In this document: positions 10,155 to 18,374 of the stretch, piece by piece
Position numbering within the stretch: position 1 is the stretch's first letter
Layout: each line of letters begins with the position of its first letter
IMG/VR virus record: IMGVR_UViG_3300043173_000386
Coordinates: 7,344-71,343 of that record
DNA: 64,000 nucleotides
Strand: one strand, 5' to 3'
Source: a virus
Taxonomy: Duplodnaviria > Caudoviricetes
Notes under the pieces: generated by a model
Seen by the model: the letters and a program-made list of their open reading frames with translations, nothing else
Database searches by the model: none
Told to the model about the DNA's origin: nothing
Translations under genes and position numbers: made by a program

Positions 10155-10531
10155 AATATCTGCTTCGCATATTTGCGCTGTTAGCCGTATCGACGCTGGT
10201 TTTTGCAGCCGGATCCAAGACGTTCACATGGATACCGCCAACCGAACGAGAGCCGGATCCGGACTCGGGGTTTGTGGCACCACTGCCGCAAGCCGAGATC
10301 GCTGAGTATCGGATCTACTGCGACGGTTCCGTAACACCCGTTCATGTGCAGCCCAACGAGCCGTTAAACACGGACACCTGGGAAGCGCCAAGCGGGACGT
10401 TTGCAACCGGCGTACATGATTGTGTGGCTACGACTGTTGATACGGAGGGGCAGGAATCCGATGTGTCGAATAGCGTAAATTTTATTGTCTCCCCGGAGCG
10501 CCCCAAAGCGCCTATTTTTGCGGTCCAGTAG
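10151..10531 (+). CDS. Secreted fibronectin-type-III-like protein
   Basis: Signal peptide MKYLLRIFALLAVSTLVFAA; FN3-like pattern TFTWIPP...EYRIYC...VATTVDTEGQESDVSNSV. Confidence 0.65.
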   Translation: MKYLLRIFALLAVSTLVFAAGSKTFTWIPPTEREPDPDSGFVAPLPQAEIAEYRIYCDGSVTPVHVQPNEPLNTDTWEAPSGTFATGVHDCVATTVDTEGQESDVSNSVNFIVSPERPKAPIFAVQ

Positions 10532-10560
10532 ATCCCGGCCCACCGGGCGGGCCACCGGGG

Positions 10561-10781
10561 AGGCCGCGTGGTAGCGGCTGTGCGATATTTAGATAAATTT
10601 GTTCCGGGGCCACAACCGGTAGCGGTAAGCTGCATCCGATGAGGTTGCGTGACTCTCCGTTTCGGTAATTCATCGGCGGTTGTTGAGGTCTAAATAAACT
10701 CGGCCGGGCAGGGTATTACACTTCGCTTGGATCGGAGTTTTGCGAAATTGCCTTTTCTAGTTGGCCCGGCCTCGGAACAAT
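10561..10781 (+). ncRNA. Candidate structured non-coding RNA (multi-branch with pseudoknot)
   Basis: Hand-derived helices: 10599-611/10768-780 (13 bp), 10612-618/10677-683, 10619-623/10629-633, 10636-642/10670-676, 10586-593/10689-696, 10706-709/10764-767, 10722-726/10742-746. G:U pairs favour the + strand. Confidence 0.5.
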
Positions 10782-10783
10782 CT

Positions 10784-11077
10784 TTACGGTTCAACCTTCT
10801 CGGTTGACATAGGATCACGCGGAACGCCTGTGATTCGCATGACCTCTCGGCACTTATCGAAGGCATCAAGTAGTTTCAGCAATCGTTCGACGCCATCACG
10901 CTTATCCTTGTCGGATATATCGGTTGCGGTGATTTTCTGAATCCACCGCTTGACCTCTTTCACTTCGATCAGGCGCAGCCCATGACTGAGCTGCACCAGC
11001 GCCCGGTACGCCGCCTCAAACTGTGGCCTGTCGTACTTGATCTCGGGGGTGTCTTTGTTGAATTGGGGTGTGTTCAC
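10784..11077 (-). CDS. Hypothetical protein
   Basis: Last gene of the leftward operon; 4-bp overlap with the SMC-like gene. Confidence 0.7.
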   Translation of the reverse strand: MNTPQFNKDTPEIKYDRPQFEAAYRALVQLSHGLRLIEVKEVKRWIQKITATDISDKDKRDGVERLLKLLDAFDKCREVMRITGVPRDPMSTEKVEP

Positions 11078-12480
11078 GTTACTTCCTCTCCGTTTTCAAG
11101 CCAATGCACCTTCACTGAATCCGGCAGTTTTGGCGGCTCTTTGAGTGTGCCAATCAACAGAATGTTGTTGTGTTCCTTGGCTACGCTGATCAACCATTTA
11201 ATCAGCTTGCCGCGGTTCGACAGATCGAGTACGTCCAGCCTGTCGAGTACCAGCAGACCGACCTCGGAAATGACGCTGATCGCTTCGGCAATGGTCGCTT
11301 GCGCCCGCCACTGGCTCGATTCAGACTGTAGGCCGAATGGGCGGTTATCCACCAATATATCCATCGTCGGTGTAACCACCGTCTGCGGCCATTGCGTCAG
11401 CATGGCGGTATTGCGGAGTCGGTCGTTCAGTGGTTTCAGCCTGTCGGCTACGATTTCACCGGGAATACCATCGGGCGCCAATGCCTCGGCAGCAGCAGCC
11501 CACGACGCCACAGAATGAGCGAAACCGGCCGCACGGTTGGCTACCGTGTCGGCGTGTTCGTTCCACTCCTGCTGGCGCTCAAGCAACTTCATGGCCTCTC
11601 CCGAGTTGTCGAAGGCCTCTTTGGCGTCAGTTACGGCCTGAGTCAGCTTTATCCGTTTCTTCTCGTCCTGCAGCGGGTGATCCTTGGTATCTTCCTCGCT
11701 GACCACGCGCACTGCGTTCTGCGTGTAATTCAGCCTGGCGCCGCAGCTCGGGCAATCGAATGATGTACCCATAGGCGAGCCCTTGAACGCCCCCATCGCC
11801 TGTTGTGCGGCAGCGTAGGCATCCTCGGCATCGTGACTCTCCTGTGTGACAGTCTTGAGCGTTTCCTCATCGACCTCTTTGTACTCGGGTTTCCAATCCT
11901 TTGCCTTCTCCGCGCCGTAGCGTTCGCCGGTCACGCCGGCCCACTCGCCTCTGGCTTCGGTCGCTTTCGACTTGGCCTCAGTGTGGGCGGCATCGAAGCC
12001 AGCGCGAAGGCTCGGCATGATCTTGTCGATCACAGGCTCAGGAATCTCCCGGTCCAACATTCGCTCTTTGACCAGCTCACGGTTCACGGTGATACCCAAC
12101 AGCCCGAACATGAACTTCCGGCGCTTCTTGGCATCCATCCAGCCATAACGGGTGGCATCGAGTAAATACTCGAGACTCACTGGCGGCTCAAGGCTCTCTG
12201 CCGTGCCTTTGGCAGTCGCCACATCACGCGCGTACATGCCAGTATCCATCACCACCTTGACCTGACCCTCTTTGGCGCCATCGGTAATCATCAGCTTGTA
12301 GTCACGCTTCATGCTGATCCGCTCAGTCTCACCCAACAGGCAATACCTCAAGGCTTCCTGCAGGGACGTTTTACCGGCCTCGTTGTGTCCAGCGAACAAG
12401 TGAACAATCGGCTCTTTCAGATCGACCTTTAATCGTCGCAGCCGCAGGAAGTTTGTTATTTCTATTCTTGTGATTTTCAA
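11074..12480 (-). CDS. SMC/Rad50-like ABC ATPase (recombination-associated)
   Basis: MKITRIEITNF start, Walker A AGHNEAGKTS, coiled coil with CPSCG hook, degenerate signature LQSESSQWR, Walker B LLVLDRLDVLD. Confidence 0.85.
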   Translation of the reverse strand: MKITRIEITNFLRLRRLKVDLKEPIVHLFAGHNEAGKTSLQEALRYCLLGETERISMKRDYKLMITDGAKEGQVKVVMDTGMYARDVATAKGTAESLEPPVSLEYLLDATRYGWMDAKKRRKFMFGLLGITVNRELVKERMLDREIPEPVIDKIMPSLRAGFDAAHTEAKSKATEARGEWAGVTGERYGAEKAKDWKPEYKEVDEETLKTVTQESHDAEDAYAAAQQAMGAFKGSPMGTSFDCPSCGARLNYTQNAVRVVSEEDTKDHPLQDEKKRIKLTQAVTDAKEAFDNSGEAMKLLERQQEWNEHADTVANRAAGFAHSVASWAAAAEALAPDGIPGEIVADRLKPLNDRLRNTAMLTQWPQTVVTPTMDILVDNRPFGLQSESSQWRAQATIAEAISVISEVGLLVLDRLDVLDLSNRGKLIKWLISVAKEHNNILLIGTLKEPPKLPDSVKVHWLENGEEVT

Positions 12481-12665
12481 GTTTGATCCTCGTAAAGTTC
12501 GTGGCGAAGAATGTCGATATCATCGTCTGCGTCAAAGCCAAGCCTGACCTCTTTCCCATGACCGGTATCCGGCAGGAACGCCAGCACGGAAATCCTGACC
12601 GGGTGCTTTCTTCCAGGCACGACGATATAAACTTCCTGACCGGGTTTTCTCCGTAGCGTCAGCAT
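12477..12665 (-). CDS. csrA: CsrA/RsmA-family translational regulator
   Basis: MLTLRRKPGQEVYI...VRISVL...EVRLGFDADDDIDILRHELY aligns with CsrA, retaining equivalents of L2, L4, R6, G9, R31, G33, A36, R44, E46, Y48. Confidence 0.85.
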   Translation of the reverse strand: MLTLRRKPGQEVYIVVPGRKHPVRISVLAFLPDTGHGKEVRLGFDADDDIDILRHELYEDQT

Positions 12666-12668
12666 TCC

Positions 12669-13760
12669 TTACTCCATTGAGAACTCGTTGTCCGTTGGGC
12701 CGGGATCACCGTCCGGTGGTGGAGGCGGGGAAGCAGAGGACTCTTTTTCCGACGCCGCTTGTGTGTCCTGGGCTGGCGCCGGCTGCTTGGGCTCGGACTC
12801 CGCTCCCCCACCAGTTGACTCTTTCTTGGCAGCGGTGCCACGCTTCTTTCGGAACGTGCCATCGTTGTTGAATACCGGGCCGTTCTCATTGGAAACGTGC
12901 GACTCCGGATCGTACTGCACTCCATTGGCATCGCGGATTACATCGGTAGAACCACCGCGGACCTCGGGTATGGCATCGTCAGTGTCCAGCACTTCGTAGT
13001 CGCCGGCGATAGCACGATCAAGCGATTGATCGGCACCACTGGCACCACGCTCGTCCAGATTGATACCGCGCGCCAGATCGACAGAGATTGGACAGTATTT
13101 TGCCAGCCGGCGCCATGCAGTCTTGCGTCCCATTTCGACAAAGTGATCTTTCCAAGGCCCGTACTCGCCCTTGGACTGCGACCGCTTCATGGTCAGCTCG
13201 ACAGCTTCGCGCGTCATTACCTCAAAGGCGTGGCCGCCATCTTTCATGTGTGCAACAGCGTAGAAGTGCGTTACCGGGCCTCGATCTCCGTCTGCCGGCT
13301 TGTGTTCCAACCGCTCGACCAATCCATACATATAATCGAAGTGATCGTTCTGGCAGACCTCATGCGCCGCGATGCTCACTATCTGACCGGAACGCCGCGC
13401 CAGATCAATCAGGCCTTTGTAGCCAATAATTACCTGAACGTCCGTGCGGTTCTTCTGCTTGTTGCGGAACGGAATCAGATAGGCGTGGCCGAGTACCGTG
13501 TTCGGCTCAAGTCCCATCATGGTGCATTGCATGATGCCGCCAATCAGAGAAGGCACGTAGCAGTTCTTCAATCCGGGCGTTGTGATTGCTACTTGGGTAG
13601 CCACTTGCAGCAGCCGTTCGGCTGACAAGTGTTTCGGCAACGCCGCCATGATCGCGTCTTTGTTTTGCTCAAGCAGATATTTCACCTGATCCTTGTGGTT
13701 CATTTGCGTGAGATCCTTCTTTCCCTCGGTTTTCTGTAGGTCTTTAATGTTTGTAGCCAT
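12669..13760 (-). CDS. recT: RecT-family single-strand annealing protein
   Basis: LPKHLSAERL, GLEPNTVLGHAYLIPF, QVIIGYKGLIDLARRSGQI, MGRKTAWRRLAKY; acidic disordered C-tail. Confidence 0.95.
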   Translation of the reverse strand: MATNIKDLQKTEGKKDLTQMNHKDQVKYLLEQNKDAIMAALPKHLSAERLLQVATQVAITTPGLKNCYVPSLIGGIMQCTMMGLEPNTVLGHAYLIPFRNKQKNRTDVQVIIGYKGLIDLARRSGQIVSIAAHEVCQNDHFDYMYGLVERLEHKPADGDRGPVTHFYAVAHMKDGGHAFEVMTREAVELTMKRSQSKGEYGPWKDHFVEMGRKTAWRRLAKYCPISVDLARGINLDERGASGADQSLDRAIAGDYEVLDTDDAIPEVRGGSTDVIRDANGVQYDPESHVSNENGPVFNNDGTFRKKRGTAAKKESTGGGAESEPKQPAPAQDTQAASEKESSASPPPPPDGDPGPTDNEFSME

Positions 13761-13771
13761 GACTTACTCCG

Positions 13772-14353
13772 TCAAAATGGAACGATGAAATTATCTGAAT
13801 CTGCTTCAACAGCTTCAATGATCGGTGCTTGCTTTTTCGTGCTGTGGTGACGCGCGTAAAGCGCATCGAGGTCGTGGTTAATGTATTCCTGTGGAACCCA
13901 AAACGCGGGCCGACCAGTTTTCTTTCTTACCGGTGGCGGTCTGTCGCTCCACCATTCCTCACGCCGGCCCTCTTTGCAGAGCATGTATCCTTGGATGCGC
14001 CATGTTGGCCCGATGCCTGTAACGAGGACGTAAATTCGATCACCCTTATCGACGCCTTCCGGGTGCAATCGCAACGGGTAGTTGTGGCCGGGCGTCGTTC
14101 GCACTTCCAACACACCAACATCGCTGGCGGTCACGATACCTACAGTTCCGTCCCACGGAATGCCGAGCCAGTTAGCGACACACTTCTCGCCGGATGCCCC
14201 GTTGATGTTCCAGAAAAACCCGACCTCAATCTTTTGTTCGCTGCCCAATCCGCGAGGATCAAAGCGTTTCTTCATTATTCCGTCCACATGACGCCGAGCG
14301 CCCTTTGCAGCGGCGAATGCCCAATCATCTTGGTCGAGTGTTATTTTTATCAT
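13772..14353 (-). CDS. Hypothetical protein, probable PD-(D/E)XK nuclease fold
   Basis: GASGEKCVANWLG...DVG.LEVRTT pattern; start taken at ATG 14353. Confidence 0.5.
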   Translation of the reverse strand: MIKITLDQDDWAFAAAKGARRHVDGIMKKRFDPRGLGSEQKIEVGFFWNINGASGEKCVANWLGIPWDGTVGIVTASDVGVLEVRTTPGHNYPLRLHPEGVDKGDRIYVLVTGIGPTWRIQGYMLCKEGRREEWWSDRPPPVRKKTGRPAFWVPQEYINHDLDALYARHHSTKKQAPIIEAVEADSDNFIVPF

Positions 14354-15195
14354 CGGAACAGACACCACTCATGCGCCGGGCAGTATTTCTCCGTACACAT
14401 GAAAGAGTTTGCGTTGCCGTAGAAGTCGCCGCTGGCGAGCATCGAGGCGATGTGATGCAGCAGTCCCTTTTGATGTTCGTTGCCAACCAGGGCGGCCGAA
14501 CAGTTCTCTACCTCTTTGACCGCGGCCTCGTAGTTGGAGCTCGTCTGCAGGGCGAGGATCTGGCCCGGCAGGGACAGCTTGATATCGAGCGTGTTGGTGG
14601 CGAGCAGCTCGTACACGCCCAACTGCGCTTTGTGCCGGCTGGCGGGCTGTGACACCGCTCTGGCGCCTGTTTTAACGTCAGATATGCCGTAGGCGACGTT
14701 GAACTGTGGCGTACCATCGGGCGCTTCGTATTCCTCTGCGATCTCGCGGATCCTGTCGAGCGTCCCGGTAAGCCTGATCGTGACCATCCGGCCATCGGCC
14801 AGCTCAATCTCGATTGGCATTTCGGTCAAGGTTTCTTCAACATGCGTATAGAATTGAAGCGGGGCAACGTCGAAGCAATAACGCGAGTGACAACCTATCC
14901 CGATTGCCTTTGCTTTCTCTTTCGTTACCCCGCCCCAATTCACTTCTTCTTGTTGGTCCCTTAGCACTTCTTCCACAATCTCCGCTGTGTCGTCGCAGGA
15001 CAGCCACCTTGCTTCGTTCTTGTCGAGGCGTGAGCGGTCAAACTCTGCTGTCGAGGCGTGTACCGCTGTGCCAATCACCGCCGGCGGCGTTGATGGCAAA
15101 CGGTTGCCCTCTATCTGCTTGATGAAAGCGCGTTGGGGACAATCAGCCCATTCCCAAAGGCCACTGGCCCTAATATGAAAATCAAGGTCAGTCAT
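14350..15195 (-). CDS. PD-(D/E)XK exonuclease, AddB/RecB-like (RecT partner)
   Basis: IRASGL..DCP, GTAVH, GTLDR, ISDVKTG, QLGVY, and C-terminal CTEKYCPAHEWC giving a 1+3 Cys Fe-S staple pattern. Confidence 0.85.
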   Translation of the reverse strand: MTDLDFHIRASGLWEWADCPQRAFIKQIEGNRLPSTPPAVIGTAVHASTAEFDRSRLDKNEARWLSCDDTAEIVEEVLRDQQEEVNWGGVTKEKAKAIGIGCHSRYCFDVAPLQFYTHVEETLTEMPIEIELADGRMVTIRLTGTLDRIREIAEEYEAPDGTPQFNVAYGISDVKTGARAVSQPASRHKAQLGVYELLATNTLDIKLSLPGQILALQTSSNYEAAVKEVENCSAALVGNEHQKGLLHHIASMLASGDFYGNANSFMCTEKYCPAHEWCLFR

Positions 15196-15548
15196 TCCCA
15201 CGGCATTCTCTTTGTGGTGTTCGCGGTGTTGTCCACCCAATAGCGGCGCAGCGTGACAGGCGGCATGTTTTTAACGAGACGCCACTGTTTAATATCTAGT
15301 TGCGACCCTGGCAACCGTTTCTGAATAATCTCGTACAATGAGTCGTCGCCATTACGCCGGTTCAGCTCGGCACAGGCCATCATGCGAATCAGGGAAGTGG
15401 CGGCATGACCACCACCCTTGGCGCCCTTCGTCGCGTAGTTCCAAAACCGTCGCCGGCCATGCCAATTCTGATACCACTTCGGCATCGCCATCTTGGTGTG
15501 CGCCCACCAGCGCGTGTACCACGGCAGCGCATCGAATACGGCGCTCAT
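15192..15548 (-). CDS. Hypothetical protein
   Basis: Coupled ORF in the leftward operon. Confidence 0.65.
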   Translation of the reverse strand: MSAVFDALPWYTRWWAHTKMAMPKWYQNWHGRRRFWNYATKGAKGGGHAATSLIRMMACAELNRRNGDDSLYEIIQKRLPGSQLDIKQWRLVKNMPPVTLRRYWVDNTANTTKRMPWE

Positions 15549-15549
15549 A

Positions 15550-15747
15550 TCACGCTACGTCCTCATCCTTCTTGCCGGGTGCCATCAGGAACGCGCCAAC
15601 AAGGAATATGCCGGCGCCTGGGTGAACCCAAAATGCGCCAACGGCCATCAGCACAACGCCAAAGCTCCGCATAATGAGGATGTGCTTGGCCTCTCTGCCG
15701 AGCTGGCCGCCCTTGTACCAGTTGTAGAGTTCACCTTTAAGTCCCAT
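15550..15747 (-). CDS. Small two-TM membrane protein
   Basis: ATG 15747 after AAGGAG; hydrophobic hairpin FGVVLMAVGAFWVHPGAGIFLVGAFLMA. Confidence 0.65.
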   Translation of the reverse strand: MGLKGELYNWYKGGQLGREAKHILIMRSFGVVLMAVGAFWVHPGAGIFLVGAFLMAPGKKDEDVA

Positions 15748-15907
15748 CGAATATCTCCTTAAATGCTGCCACTGCTGGCAATGATTTCCGCATACCCTCG
15801 CCCATGTGTTCAGAGCACCACCACGCGCCATTGACACCGCAAACAGATTGCTCGTCGCAACCTTCCCACTCGCAGATATGAGCCTCTGGCGTGTTTTCGA
15901 GGCTCAC
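15737..15907 (-). CDS. Small Cys/His zinc-binding-type protein
   Basis: GTG 15907 overlapping the upstream TGA; CEWEGC...C...CSEH. Confidence 0.55.
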   Translation of the reverse strand: MSLENTPEAHICEWEGCDEQSVCGVNGAWWCSEHMGEGMRKSLPAVAAFKEIFDGT

Positions 15908-15999
15908 GACAGCTCTGAAAAAAGTACGTAAAGCGTTACGAACAATCCCACCCAAAGCAGGATAAAAAAGACCTTCACGCCCCAACTCAGTCGCCTCAT
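15904..15999 (-). CDS. 31-aa single-TM peptide (not in ORF track)
   Basis: MRRLSWGVKVFFILLWVGLFVTLYVLFSELS; ATGA and GTGA overlaps with both neighbours. Confidence 0.6.
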   Translation of the reverse strand: MRRLSWGVKVFFILLWVGLFVTLYVLFSELS

Positions 16000-16466
16000 G
16001 TTAAATGCTCAAGCAGCGTCGGCATTTCGCCGCTCTCGTAGGCAATGGCAATCTGCGGCTTGGCGATCTGCCCCATCGTCTGCCCACCTGGCAGGACAAT
16101 GTGTGCGAGGAACTCATCCTCGAAATCGGTAATCTCACTCTCAACGGCTTCCAGCTTGGCCTTGATAACCAGCGCCAGCGCCCGCCATTTCTGCCGTATT
16201 GCTTGCTCGTACATTTTGCCGGCTGCCTCGGGGGTGCGCTCCCAACAACTACTGCCGCGCATGTACTCCGTGAACTCAGTGCTGTTGCGATCGGGCAGCG
16301 GTAAATTGAAGCGGATATTGCGGCCCATCATCTTGAAAGCGACGATGGCGCAGTCCGGACGCACACCGTATAGAAATTCCTCGGCACCGTAGCGAGTGAG
16401 AATCCGCTCGATCTCCTGCTTGGACTTCTCACTGCTAACCGTTGTTTTGCTGGCGAACTTAGCCAT
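15996..16466 (-). CDS. Conserved phage hypothetical protein
   Basis: Familiar prophage pattern EIERILTRYGA...WRALALVIKAKLEAVES...EFLAHIVLP. Confidence 0.75.
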   Translation of the reverse strand: MAKFASKTTVSSEKSKQEIERILTRYGAEEFLYGVRPDCAIVAFKMMGRNIRFNLPLPDRNSTEFTEYMRGSSCWERTPEAAGKMYEQAIRQKWRALALVIKAKLEAVESEITDFEDEFLAHIVLPGGQTMGQIAKPQIAIAYESGEMPTLLEHLT

Positions 16467-16638
16467 CGTCGGCATCCGGTGTCTGCAACTGCCGACGAAA
16501 CATATCGAACGTGTTCAGCACACCCGGCTCAAGCGCAATCTCATTGGTGACTTGCTCGCCGTTACTGGTTCTCAGCCAAATGTGGAAGCCATCAAAGCTG
16601 GCGTACACGGCATCGCCCAAATACATTTCAGTGACCAT
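16459..16638 (-). CDS. Conserved small phage protein
   Basis: YLGDAVYASFDG...IALEP pattern; TGATG coupling to the upstream gene. Confidence 0.65.
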   Translation of the reverse strand: MVTEMYLGDAVYASFDGFHIWLRTSNGEQVTNEIALEPGVLNTFDMFRRQLQTPDADDG

Positions 16639-17051
16639 CAGTTTGTTTTCCGGTGGTCGTCGGCGTTCGGACACGTAGCGAAGTGGCTGATGTGTCCGAG
16701 TTCAGGATCGAATAGGTGCGGATCTCCCTGCGTCCACGTATCGGCATCCACCGGCATGTTCTTGCCGGTCTTGGTCTTGACCCAAACAATTCCTGCTTGG
16801 CATGAGCGGCACTTGGTCAGTTGCAGCGGCTTGTGACCTTTATCGCCCTCGATCTTGGCTTCGTGCATTCGCATCAACGCCAGATAGGCGACACAGATGC
16901 GACGAAGGTTCGGCATTTCTACCGCCAGATCGGGCGGCAACGTCATTATGCCGCCGACAATGTATCGGTCGATGATCGGTAGGACTTGCTCGGCATCGTC
17001 GCCCGAAGGCATGGCCTCGGTTTTGTCGATAATGTTAATTCTTGAATCCAT
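16638..17051 (-). CDS. Hypothetical protein with C-terminal zinc-finger-like domain
   Basis: CRSCQAGIVWVKT..GKNMPVD...SHFATCP. Confidence 0.7.
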   Translation of the reverse strand: MDSRINIIDKTEAMPSGDDAEQVLPIIDRYIVGGIMTLPPDLAVEMPNLRRICVAYLALMRMHEAKIEGDKGHKPLQLTKCRSCQAGIVWVKTKTGKNMPVDADTWTQGDPHLFDPELGHISHFATCPNADDHRKTN

Positions 17052-17644
17052 CACTTACTCTCTTGGCAAGCCTCGAAAACACGGTTATTTGATTCGGTGC
17101 AGTCCAGCTTGGTCTTTTGAATTTGCTGGCGCAGTCGGTCGTTCTCTGCTGTGAGCTGCGTCACCATATCGGTCGCAGTGACCATGCCGGCACACAGCTC
17201 GCCAATGGCGTTAATGGCAGCTTCGGTCTGACAAGCGACAACCATCGCCATCCCTGTGTATCCGAAACCGTGAATCATCCGGGCCAGCTCGCGCTTATCA
17301 CATTCCTCATCGCGCGCGGCCTTGCCGCCACCGATGTTGAAGCCAGCACCGCCGACGCCGCCCGACCATGAATAAAAACACGGCGCAGTCGCAACCAGGT
17401 TAGGCACCCGCGCCGACACGGTATTCCTTACGGTTATGTCGTCGGGGCTGGTGAAGGTGACGTTCTGAGCGTTTGCTTGGCTTAGATCCGTTTGGACGTT
17501 CTGATCCTGATATTGGCCTTGATACTGCTCTTGATCCTGATACTGCCGCTGATCCTGTTCCTGCGTCGGATCGGGCTCGGTGGTGCCAGTGGCAAGGGCG
17601 ATGCTCGATAAACTCAAAATGATCGTGCCGATGATAATTTTCAT
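17051..17644 (-). CDS. Exported protein with Gln-rich repeats and Cys-containing domain
   Basis: Signal peptide MKIIIGTIILSLSSIALA; QEQDQRQYQDQEQYQGQYQDQ; PCF...GGGKAARDEECDKRELAR; C-terminal coiled coil. Confidence 0.75.
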   Translation of the reverse strand: MKIIIGTIILSLSSIALATGTTEPDPTQEQDQRQYQDQEQYQGQYQDQNVQTDLSQANAQNVTFTSPDDITVRNTVSARVPNLVATAPCFYSWSGGVGGAGFNIGGGKAARDEECDKRELARMIHGFGYTGMAMVVACQTEAAINAIGELCAGMVTATDMVTQLTAENDRLRQQIQKTKLDCTESNNRVFEACQESK

Positions 17645-18003
17645 GGTTCTTTCCCCGTAAAGTCGCTCTTAATCCAAGCGTTGTACTGCTCGCGAAAGAC
17701 CTCGATTGACTGTTTCGCCAGCATCGAGGCCGCTATTTCAGCCGGGAAGCGTTCGGGCGGGTCCATTCTGGAAATCCACTCGTTCTTGCCGGCATCGCGG
17801 ACAGGATATGCCCCTTTGCCTTCCATTAGTTCCCACTTGATCCACGCAAGCCACTTGTCGGTGTCCTCGTCTTGCAGGGTGATGAAGTCAAGTTTGAGCC
17901 AGGGGCGCCATTTGCCGGGCGCTGACATTGCTTTGAGCCGCGTCAGCTTGCCGTGAAACGCGGGTATCTGTTCGATCATTTCGTCCAACTTAAATCGGAT
18001 CAT
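17641..18003 (-). CDS. Hypothetical protein
   Basis: Coupled ORF, Trp-rich. Confidence 0.65.
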   Translation of the reverse strand: MIRFKLDEMIEQIPAFHGKLTRLKAMSAPGKWRPWLKLDFITLQDEDTDKWLAWIKWELMEGKGAYPVRDAGKNEWISRMDPPERFPAEIAASMLAKQSIEVFREQYNAWIKSDFTGKEP

Positions 18004-18154
18004 CTTCTTTCCCCGTTGCTGGTAACAGCCCGGCGACCATCATCACGACGCCGGCGAACATTACGATCCCGTAGCTTAAAAACAGACCCACTCCCAAAAA
18101 AGCCATGCCGAATGCAATTAAGCCCGCGCTTTCCTTATTTCTTTTTTTTGCCAT
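17990..18154 (-). CDS. 54-aa two-TM membrane protein (not in ORF track)
   Basis: MAKKRNKESAGLIAFGMAFLGVGLFLSYGIVMFAGVVMMVAGLLPATGKEDDPI fills the gap between neighbours. Confidence 0.6.
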   Translation of the reverse strand: MAKKRNKESAGLIAFGMAFLGVGLFLSYGIVMFAGVVMMVAGLLPATGKEDDPI

Positions 18155-18374
18155 CGAACCATCCTGTGTTGAGTAGCCAGCGCGTGAAGGGTCGAAACGC
18201 CGGGGTAATTTGGAAAACCTTGTCGTCGGCTCGCTGCACGATCATTTCATCGGGTGTACTTGGGTTGACGATATCGACCTTGAATACCGGGATGCGGAAC
18301 GAGTCGTCGCTGTTCTCGATCACCTTGCCGGCGCCATCGGTGCGGTGTCGTGCCATGAGCCGGGTGCGCTTCAT
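18135..18374 (-). CDS. Hypothetical protein
   Basis: ATG 18374 in ATGA overlap with the upstream stop. Confidence 0.6.
   Translation of the reverse strand: MKRTRLMARHRTDGAGKVIENSDDSFRIPVFKVDIVNPSTPDEMIVQRADDKVFQITPAFRPFTRWLLNTGWFDGKKKK

Noticed and set aside
10630-10685. Hammerhead-like string on the minus strand (CCGAUGA...CGAAAC...GUC)
   Set aside because: Core is CCGAUGA not CUGAUGA, stem II cannot form, and the bases after GUC do not pair with those before the core (no stem I).
10565-10700. c-di-GMP-I riboswitch-like words (GGUAGCGG, GGUCUAA)
   Set aside because: Elements are in the wrong order and the GAAA tetraloop/GCAAA P1 features are missing.
14350-15195. Cas4 call for the Fe-S PD-(D/E)XK nuclease
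   Set aside because: No cas genes or array; it sits beside RecT, so a recombination exonuclease is the simpler reading.
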